The notes below the pieces were generated by a model. The model saw only the letters and a list, made by a program, of their open reading frames with translations. It was not told where the DNA came from and did not search any database. From positions 1-27,193 of IMG/VR virus record IMGVR_UViG_3300048886_001612: a DNA stretch of 27,193 nucleotides; one strand, written 5' to 3'. Positions 1-8,100 of the stretch are shown here, piece by piece (positions within the stretch are counted from its first letter, which is position 1; the number at the start of each line of letters is the position of its first letter). Made by a program: the position numbers and the translations under genes. This stretch comes from a virus. Lineage: Duplodnaviria > Caudoviricetes.

Positions 1-1
1 T

Positions 2-109
2 TTTTCGGATCTAGTCGGCCAAAATTTAACTTTAGCTACCAAGTCGATTTGGGTGCCAAAAAAGCCGCACGAAGATCGGCTGGCTCACAATTGCGTTGAT
101 GAAGAATGA
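2..109 (+). CDS. 3' end of a truncated ORF (…FSDLVGQNLTLATKSIWVPKKPHEDRLAHNCVDEE*), resembling proteins found next to phage TAGT/ParB-like DNA-modification genes
   Basis: Frame 2 is open from the window start to TGA at 107-109 and overlaps the next gene's start. The F-x-x-L-x-GQ-x-x-T-x-x-TKSIW-x-P pattern is recalled from such loci and was not verified by search. Confidence 0.55.
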   Translation, partial: FSDLVGQNLTLATKSIWVPKKPHEDRLAHNCVDEE

Positions 110-935
110 TTACCCAGTATTTGTTCCTACCAAGGGCCGATTTAAGAACCCATTGACGGTTAAATATCTTAATCGAATAGGGGTGGATTATCAGGTTGTC
201 ATTGAAGAGCCAGAATACAGTGATTACGCCGCCATAATAGGCAAAGAAAGGATTATAGTTTTACCTCATCAAAACGAAGGGCTAACCGTTACTCGTAATT
301 GGATTTGGGATTATGCGGAACATGAACTGCAAACCCCTTTTTTTTGGACTTTTGATGACAATATCAGGAACTTCTACCGCTTACACAAGAACATGAAATA
401 CCGAGTCGAAAGCCCTACTTTTTTGAAGGTGATGGAAGACTTTGCTGGCCGGTATGAAAACTTAATTGTTTCGGGGATGCAATACGAAGGTTTCGCTAAT
501 ATGAAGTCGAAACAAAAACCAGTAGTTTTGAACCGCCGTGTTTACTCCAACATGTTGATCAAGACAGACTCAGGGTACCGGAATGAGCTTTTCTACAATG
601 ACGATACAGACCTTTGCTTGCGGGTGTTAAAAGATGGCAATTGCACAGCTTTGTTTTATGCTTTTTTGGCTGAAAAAATGGCAACCATGAGGGTCAAGGG
701 CGGCATGACGGATTACTACGAGGAGACCAATAAACGGTTGCAATTTGCCCAAGAATTGCAAAAAGCCCACCCAGACGTAACAAAAGTCGTCAAGCGTTAT
801 GGGCGTTGGCACCATCAAGTGGATTACCGGCGTTTCAAGCGTAACAAATTGAAGAAAAAACAAGGTGTTTCAATTCCCGCCGGAACAAACAATTACGGCA
901 TGGTATTACGAGGGCCGTTGGCATCAAAGCCATGA
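99..935 (+). CDS. TET-associated (TAGT)/GREB1-like GT-A glycosyltransferase, putative DNA base glycosyltransferase
   Basis: Motifs PVFVPTKGR, RNWIWDYA, FWTFDDNI, DDTDLCLRVLKDG, KGG and HPDV…RWHHQVDY. ATG at 99 (alternative TTG at 96). Confidence 0.75.
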   Translation: MKNDYPVFVPTKGRFKNPLTVKYLNRIGVDYQVVIEEPEYSDYAAIIGKERIIVLPHQNEGLTVTRNWIWDYAEHELQTPFFWTFDDNIRNFYRLHKNMKYRVESPTFLKVMEDFAGRYENLIVSGMQYEGFANMKSKQKPVVLNRRVYSNMLIKTDSGYRNELFYNDDTDLCLRVLKDGNCTALFYAFLAEKMATMRVKGGMTDYYEETNKRLQFAQELQKAHPDVTKVVKRYGRWHHQVDYRRFKRNKLKKKQGVSIPAGTNNYGMVLRGPLASKP

Positions 936-1930
936 AAATTTTAGTTACAGGTGGAGCTGGCTTTATTGGGTCGCACGTGGTTGATGCTTATGTCCAAGAA
1001 GGGCATCAAGTTACAGCCTTGGATAATTTAAGCCAAGGGGTACGAGATAATGTCAACCCAAGGGCCAAATTTGTCAACATGGACATTTGTTCTCTTGACT
1101 TGGCAGATTTTTTCGAGCAATCACAATTCGACGTGGTTAATCACCATGCGGCCTTAACGAGCGTCAGGCAATCGACGGAGCAGTCGCAATCTTATGCTAA
1201 TACCAACTTGATGGGATCACTCAACTTGCTAGAAGCCTCAGTTCGGGCTGGTGTCAAGAAGTTCATCTTTGCCTCAACGGGTGGTTGTGTCTATGGGCAA
1301 CAGGAATGCTCGTTAATTGATGAAGATTGCCGTACCCGGCCTCTTGACCCATATGGGATTAGCAAGGCCAGCCTAGAGCTATATTTGCCGTTTTATTTCG
1401 ATCTTCATAAATTGAGATATTCAGTTTTGCGTTATGCCAACATCTATGGCCCAAGGCAGGCCTCAAAGTTGCCTCTTTACATGCGATCAGGCGTGGTTTC
1501 CATTTTTATTTCTGAAATGTTGGAAGGCCAAACAGTAGTCATCAATGGAGACGGGAGCCAAACCCGTGATTTTTTATATGTTGAAGATGCGGCTCGGGCT
1601 AATGTTCGTTTGTTGGGGCAAGGCGATCAACAAATTTTTAATTTTGGGCGAGGGCAAGGGCTTACCGTTAATCAAATTTTTAATCAATTAAAAGAAATTA
1701 TTGGCTATTCTCTCAAGCCCACTTATTTGGCCTCTAGGATGGGAGAAGTCCAGTCAAATGTGTTGGATATCACCAAGGCTCGAAACGTGTTGGCATGGGA
1801 GCCATTGGTAGGGTTTGAACATGGCTTAACATTAACAGTCGACTATTTCAAGAGCTTAACCCGTCAACCTTCGATCCCTCCATCATTCGAGCTTGGAGCC
1901 TTACAAGTAGGGGGAGGGATTGATGCGTAA
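932..1930 (+). CDS. NAD-dependent nucleotide-sugar epimerase/dehydratase (GalE-like extended SDR)
   Basis: Rossmann motif TGGAGFIG, catalytic YGISK (YxxxK), FASTGG, LRYANIYGPRQ, GDGSQTRDFLYV. ATGA overlap with the upstream gene. Confidence 0.95.
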   Translation: MKILVTGGAGFIGSHVVDAYVQEGHQVTALDNLSQGVRDNVNPRAKFVNMDICSLDLADFFEQSQFDVVNHHAALTSVRQSTEQSQSYANTNLMGSLNLLEASVRAGVKKFIFASTGGCVYGQQECSLIDEDCRTRPLDPYGISKASLELYLPFYFDLHKLRYSVLRYANIYGPRQASKLPLYMRSGVVSIFISEMLEGQTVVINGDGSQTRDFLYVEDAARANVRLLGQGDQQIFNFGRGQGLTVNQIFNQLKEIIGYSLKPTYLASRMGEVQSNVLDITKARNVLAWEPLVGFEHGLTLTVDYFKSLTRQPSIPPSFELGALQVGGGIDA

Positions 1931-3275
1931 TCGTCATAGTGCGGTCAAGTTAAGGAATATCCGTTTCCCGGGCCTAAAGGTGGCCCCCACTATTAACAAG
2001 CCATATTTTATGGCCTTACCCAAACAACGAGATTTTATGCAAAGCCATGCGGCTGAGAATTTGTATTCGGGTGCCGTACGAGCTGGCAAAAGTCGAGCTT
2101 TAATGGAGAAGTGCTACCAAGAGGCCATCGACACAGCCGGTATCCGTCTAGGCATCTTCAGGAAGGTCAGGGCCACATTGTATGAAACCACTATCCGTAC
2201 TTTTGCTTGTGATGTCTTGGGTTGGCCTTCGATAGATGACCCCCAATCTGGCATTGTCAAGCGATGGCGAAAATCTGAATTGAAAGCCACCCTTTACAAC
2301 GGTTCAGAACTCATATTCTTAGGCATGGACAAGAACAGTAAGATCGGTTCTTTGGAATTAGGGGGAGCTTTCGTGGATGAAGCTCACGAACTGGAGGTTG
2401 ATGATTGGAACATGATCCAGACCCGTTTATCCCAACCCGTGGTCGAGAAACAGCGGATGTGGGCCGCTTGTAACCCGGCTTCACCCATGCACTGGTTGTA
2501 CGAAAAGTTCTTCCGTAACCAAGGCGAAGACGTTTTCTGTGTAACTACCAACAGCTTTGAAAACCCGCATCTGGGTGAAGAGTACATCGCCAGATTAAAG
2601 AGGATGACCGGCAACTTTTATCGTCGGATGGCTTTGGGCGAATGGGTAGCCTTTTCTGGTTTGATCTTTGATTGTTTTGATGCTGACACCCATGTTATCA
2701 ATCAAGTTGAAGACTCAGCCGGGGCTTACAACCTCCGTTCAATTGACTTTGGTGGCTTGAACCCTCATGTTTGCCAATGGTGGCGAGTTTATCCCGATGG
2801 CAAGATGGTGCTGTACCGAGAACTTTATCACAGCAACATTTCAGTTCGAGAATTTGCTGACAAGATTCATCAACATCAATCTCCACAAGAGGAAATCCAA
2901 TACACGATCAGTGATCATGATGTCAGTGATCGCTTGACCTTAGCCGAGAACAATATCCAAACCCGACCCGCTTTGAAAGATGTCAAGCTAGGGTTAGAAC
3001 GGACTTATGAGAAGATGGCCAACGGCGAATTGTTCTTTTATCGACAGGCCTTGGTGGAAGAGGATTGGCAATTGAAAGACGACACTGGAGCGGTCAACCG
3101 GATGAGACCTCAATCCACCTTGGAAGAACTGGGCAGTTATGAATGGCAAGTCAGTGCTGGCGTGGCTAAAGACCAACCCGTCAAGAAAGACGATCACGGC
3201 ATGGATGCCATGCGGTATGCCGTCCAGAGTTTATATCAACCCCAAGCCCGTTGGTCGCATATCAGAGGAGTTTAG
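1923..3275 (+). CDS. terL: Terminase large subunit (PBSX/SPP1-like)
   Basis: Walker A SGAVRAGKS, Walker B AFVDEAHE, coupling motif ACNP, nuclease motifs SIDFG and DHGMDAMRY. GGAGG RBS at 1913-1917 favours ATG 1923. Confidence 0.95.
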   Translation: MRNRHSAVKLRNIRFPGLKVAPTINKPYFMALPKQRDFMQSHAAENLYSGAVRAGKSRALMEKCYQEAIDTAGIRLGIFRKVRATLYETTIRTFACDVLGWPSIDDPQSGIVKRWRKSELKATLYNGSELIFLGMDKNSKIGSLELGGAFVDEAHELEVDDWNMIQTRLSQPVVEKQRMWAACNPASPMHWLYEKFFRNQGEDVFCVTTNSFENPHLGEEYIARLKRMTGNFYRRMALGEWVAFSGLIFDCFDADTHVINQVEDSAGAYNLRSIDFGGLNPHVCQWWRVYPDGKMVLYRELYHSNISVREFADKIHQHQSPQEEIQYTISDHDVSDRLTLAENNIQTRPALKDVKLGLERTYEKMANGELFFYRQALVEEDWQLKDDTGAVNRMRPQSTLEELGSYEWQVSAGVAKDQPVKKDDHGMDAMRYAVQSLYQPQARWSHIRGV

Positions 3276-3276
3276 G

Positions 3277-3576
3277 ATGGCAAGATTGCCCAGATCAATG
3301 GATTATGACCGATTAAAAGAACCAGTGGTTTTACTCAGTTATTGGTCACCCCGATACGGTACGGTTCATAAGATGCAATGCGATACCGATTTGGAATGGC
3401 GGGATTTAGTCCAAGGTGTGCCTGGTTATGAGCGTGAGTTGTACGAAGTGGGTCGGCGTAAGGTGGTGGCCCCCGACTATTGTCTCTATATCCTGATCGA
3501 ACGAGACAAGATGACCGAATTAAGACAGAAAAAATATGGCGAACAACGAGACAACCGAATCTTTTCGGTAGGATAA
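3277..3576 (+). CDS. Hypothetical protein, 99 aa (MARLPRSMDY…)
   Basis: Fills the TerL-portal gap. AGAGGAG RBS at 3264-3270 supports ATG 3277 over the track's 3139 start. Confidence 0.7.
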   Translation: MARLPRSMDYDRLKEPVVLLSYWSPRYGTVHKMQCDTDLEWRDLVQGVPGYERELYEVGRRKVVAPDYCLYILIERDKMTELRQKKYGEQRDNRIFSVG

Positions 3577-3580
3577 GCTG

Positions 3581-5017
3581 ATGGAATTTATAACTAATTA
3601 TCATGGCGATTACACCAGCTTCCAAAACGACTGGCAATTTTATATCCAAAGCTATGTTGGAGGCCGACAATACACCACCGATGCCAACATCTTTCAGCAT
3701 TTAAGGGAGACTGAACAAGATTACAACCTCCGCTTGAAACGGGCAGTCTACACCAATTACTGCCGTTCTGTGGTTGATTTGTACACCTCTTTCATCTTTG
3801 GGGTCGAAACCCATGTCATGCGAGATGTCGAGGCCGAATCATATCTGAACTTCCAACAAGATGTCGATTTGAGGGGCAACAATATCGACGATTTTATGCA
3901 ACAGGTCAGTACCTATGCCCAGATATTTGGCTTTTGTGGCATCTTGATCGACTCGCCGCCCCGTGATGACTCGATTTTGACCTTAAAAGATCAACAAGAT
4001 TCGGGGATCCGACCTTATCTGTGCGTTTATCAACCCCCAGATATTGTCAATTGGGCCTTGGATCGGTTTGGTCAATTGATTTGGGTCAGGTTGAAAGAGA
4101 ACAACCAAGAAAACGATGACCCGTTTGGCGATGAAGAAGAAACCACCCATTACCGGACTTTCACCCGAGACGAGTGGTTTTTGCATGACGACCAACAAGT
4201 GCTGATCGACTCCGACACCCATGGATTGGGCCGAGTGCCGTTTGTGTGTGCCTATTTCCAAAAGCACCCCCAATATCCGTTCGTCGGCTTGAGTCAATTG
4301 GTAGATATTGCCCCCATCAATCGACTTTTGGCCAATATCAACAGCTATATTGATGAGTTTGTCAGTAAACAGGCGTTCCCTTTCTTGGCTAGTAGTGAGA
4401 ACCCGATGATGCCGGACGGTCAAGAGCCAGAATCCATCATCAGTGCCAGCAACGTTTTTAATTATCCGCAAGGTGGTCAGCCACCAAGTTATGTCTCACC
4501 GCCAACTGACCCCGCCCAATTCATGCAGGATTATTCTGCCGACTATTTGATCCAGCAAATTTTAAGGGCGGCCCATTTGGATCATCGAGCCTTAGCCGAA
4601 CAGTCAGGGGTAGCCAAGCAATACGATTTCCACCAATTGAACCATGTACTGTCCAAGTTTAGCCGAAATCTGGAGATGGCCGAATTGCAAGTGATGGATA
4701 TTTATCACCGTTGGACAGGTCAAGAGTCGGAGCCCGTTCAGATTGATTATCCTGACAATTTTGAGATCGAAACCATCAGCCAAGCCTTAGCCAACAGCAA
4801 GTTGGTTCGAGAAATATTTGGAGATAAATCGCCGACTTTCACCAGCGAACATTTACGCCGTATGGCCCGTCGTTTGACACCCAAGCTAGAAGAGGGGTTG
4901 GCTGAAACCATCGCTGAAGAATTAGAAGAGTCAGCCACTTCAGATGCTCAAGCTCTGGCTTTTGATGAAGAGATGCAATACTTGACCAATCCCAGTGAGC
5001 CGATGGATGCCGTATAA
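3581..5017 (+). CDS. Portal protein
   Basis: 478 aa, after TerL. Motifs YNLRLKRAVYTNYCRSVVD, DVDLRGNNID, GFCGILIDSP, RPYL, IVNW, HGLGRVPFV and SGVAKQYDF are typical of SPP1-like/DUF4055-like portals. Confidence 0.9.
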   Translation: MEFITNYHGDYTSFQNDWQFYIQSYVGGRQYTTDANIFQHLRETEQDYNLRLKRAVYTNYCRSVVDLYTSFIFGVETHVMRDVEAESYLNFQQDVDLRGNNIDDFMQQVSTYAQIFGFCGILIDSPPRDDSILTLKDQQDSGIRPYLCVYQPPDIVNWALDRFGQLIWVRLKENNQENDDPFGDEEETTHYRTFTRDEWFLHDDQQVLIDSDTHGLGRVPFVCAYFQKHPQYPFVGLSQLVDIAPINRLLANINSYIDEFVSKQAFPFLASSENPMMPDGQEPESIISASNVFNYPQGGQPPSYVSPPTDPAQFMQDYSADYLIQQILRAAHLDHRALAEQSGVAKQYDFHQLNHVLSKFSRNLEMAELQVMDIYHRWTGQESEPVQIDYPDNFEIETISQALANSKLVREIFGDKSPTFTSEHLRRMARRLTPKLEEGLAETIAEELEESATSDAQALAFDEEMQYLTNPSEPMDAV

Positions 5018-5132
5018 GAAAATCACCCGAGGTAAAAACAAGGGCAAATACCGATCCAAAACGGGCCGGGTCATGACTTTGGGCAATATTAGAGCCTATT
5101 ATGCCAACAAGAAAACCAAAAAGAGCAAATGA
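5007..5132 (+). CDS. Small basic peptide, 41 aa (MPYKKITRGKNKGKYRSKTGRVMTLGNIRAYYANKKTKKSK)
   Basis: Translated by hand. It overlaps the portal stop, ends in an ATGA overlap with the MuF start and fills the gap exactly. 15 K/R and no D/E. Confidence 0.7.
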   Translation: MPYKKITRGKNKGKYRSKTGRVMTLGNIRAYYANKKTKKSK

Positions 5133-8100
5133 GCCTTAACGATTATCAAGAATCCGTTTTTAAGTCTCGGGCGATCCCTTACAAAGCCACCCAAGCCATT
5201 CAAGACCGGCAACTGATGGCTTTGAAGATGGCCACGGCTCAATTGACCGACTTGATCCAAGGCATTGCTGATAAAGGTGAAGGTGGCCAAGTCAATCGAG
5301 GCTTATTCTTGGCTAAAAAGCAAGCCATCCAAAACTTGATGGTTCAATTGGCCCAAGGCATGGGGCAAGACATCTCAGAATCAGTCTCAGCCGTAACCGA
5401 AGAGACCGCCGCTTTGATGCAAGAAGTCACTGACAAATTAGCCACCGATCAAGACCAAGAAGTCGATCTCAGCAATCTGGCTACTGTTCCCGAAACGGTG
5501 TTGCAAAACTATGTCCATCGTGCTGATAGTGAAGGCTTAAAAATCAGTCCTGACATTTGGGCTGGCAACCAAACGGCTTTGATTGAAAACCAAGTTTTAT
5601 CAGCCATCAGTCGTGGCCAAAGTGCCAAGTCATTAGCCCAAGATTTAGAGCAATTTATCAATGGTGGCTCCGTGGGCATGGGTCATAGTATCGCTTATAA
5701 GACCATGCGATTGGCCCGAACCGAGATCAATACAGCCTATCATGAAACCCGTCGCTTGAGTGCCATGGCCAGCCCAGTAGTGGCCGGGATGCAATGGAGA
5801 TTGAGCAACCGTCACCCGAAATGGGATATTTGCGATTTATTGGCTGATCAAGATTTGTATGGGTTGGGTCAAGGCGTTTACCCATCCGAACAATTGCCAC
5901 CCAAGCCACACCCGAACTGCATTTGTTACACCATGGACAAGTTGAGAGACCCTTCCGAATGGCAAGAGCCCAAGCCAATCATTAAGGTCAAGACCACGCC
6001 CAACTCTTTTTCACTTAACAATTTGGCTGATAGTTTGGCCACGGTCAAAGCTACTGACAATTACATCACCAAGCAATACCAAATTTTTGAGGCTTTGATG
6101 GATCGAACCATTGCTGATGCTGACAAGTATCCACCACCAGAGCCTTCAATGCCTGAAGCTCCATCAGCTCAACCTTCCCCCGATTGGTTAGAGGCCATCC
6201 CTGATGAAGCCTTTAACCAATGGTACGAAGATTTGGTCAGCCCGTATTCAAAGGCGGCGGGTGACAGCCAATTGGAAGATATCACTGGCTTTGCCATGTA
6301 TGACGTGATGACTGAAGCCACTTACAAAGAAATCGTCAAGGCCACAGCTTTGAAGGGCGAGGCCTTGACCCAAGATGAATTTGTAAATGTGTTCAAGAAG
6401 CATGATGAGAAGGATTGGAAAGGCAACAGCTACTATGATGGTGTGCTGAAAATGGCACTTCCCGGTGATGACACGATACTAGAATTGGCCAATGCTGACA
6501 TCGCCAAAGCGGCTGAAAACTTGGTCGGTTTGGCCGAAGCTGGAACTTTTGGGGTTGTCAAACCCAAAGCACCGACAGCTGATGTTGAGCCCACAACTCC
6601 ACCCCCAGAAGCGGATGTTGATAATTACGGGAAGCTCCAAGACGAATTGAGTTTCTACTTGCCAGAAGCTGTTTATAAAGATTTATTGTGGGAAGTTTCA
6701 TTGTGGGAAGTTTCAGCTATTCCAAGCGTTTTGCAAAATCCTGACAATTTGAAACAACTTTGGGCCTCAATAGCCCCCGACTATATAACTGATTTGGGTC
6801 AAACTGCGGCTGATTTTAATGCTATCAAAGACCATTTGTTGTCTTTAGTAGCTGACCAACCAAGCCCAACACCTCCAACACCAGAAGCGGATGTTGGCTG
6901 GCTAGATAACGTGCCCGAGCAATCTTTTTTGGATTATTACGATGGCGATTCAAGTAACCCCGATTTGGCCGAAGGGTTTACCATAATGGAGTTGATGGAG
7001 CCGAACACTTTCGAAAAAATTGTCAAAGATGCCATTACTAAAGGTGGAAAGTTGAGCCAAGAAGAGTTTGAAGCCTCTTTCAAAAAACATGATGAAAAAG
7101 ATTTCTCAGGCCAAACTTATTTTGATGGCACCATAGAAATGCAGGAGATGATGGGGGAGCCGTTTTTGGAGTTGGCGAATGTTGAGGTTGCTAAGACGGC
7201 TGAAAGTTTGATGAGTTCGGCCAAAGGTGGGGCTTTCAGCACACCTAAGCCAAGCCCAACCGTTGCCCTTGAAGACAAGGCACAGTATGACAAGTTGCAA
7301 GACCAATTGAGCTTTGACTTGCCAGAGGATGTTTATGTTTCTTTGTTAAAACAAGTACAAGCTGACAACTCAATCTTGCTTGACCCCCAAAACTTCCAAG
7401 ATAAATGGTACGGCTCAGATTCAAATGTGGGGGCCAAGTATATTCCGACCAGTGCTGATTTGTATAAGTTTGTTGACAGCTTGACCAGCACCGTACTTTC
7501 CCAACCAAGCCCTGCCCCTGCTCCTGAAGCTCCACCAGCCCCCAAGCCCTTTGACCTTACCCCCAACAATACAACGTCAGTTACGGTTGATTTGTTTGAT
7601 TTAGGGCCATTTGAGGGGCAAGTTAAGAAAGCCAAAGAGCAAGGATTCCCGATTGATACCAATCAATTGCAAATGGTCTCCAGTTTGGGTGGTAGCACTG
7701 GGGCCAAATTGGTCAAGAATGTTGACAATAATGAACAGTTCGTTTTCAAGCAAGGTGGCAATCAACTCCATTTGCGAGAAGAGATTGTTGCTGACTCTAT
7801 TTATCAAACATTCCAAGGCAAAAAGTCGGTCAATGTGCCAGAGTTTGAGGTCTACCAAGAAGACAATGGCGAATTGACCAAGTTGGCCAAGTATTTGGAT
7901 GATACGGTCAGTTTGGGTGATGTCTTGAATGGCACTTTCAGCAACAAAACAGTTACAGCTGACAAGATCAAAGCCAAAGTCCAACAGGGGTTCGTGTTGG
8001 ATGCAGTTTTAGGGAATTGGGATGTAGCCGGAACCGCATATGACAATATCTTAATAACCAAGCGGGGCAAAATTTATCGGGTAGACAACGGAGGAGCCTT

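Noticed and set aside
932-1930. Assigning the symbol galE, or treating this as part of a host LPS/capsule locus
   Set aside because: Substrate specificity cannot be read from the motifs, and the gene overlaps phage genes on both sides.
3139-3276. Longer start for the ORF ending at 3576
   Set aside because: It would overlap terL by more than 130 bp. ATG 3277 has a good RBS.
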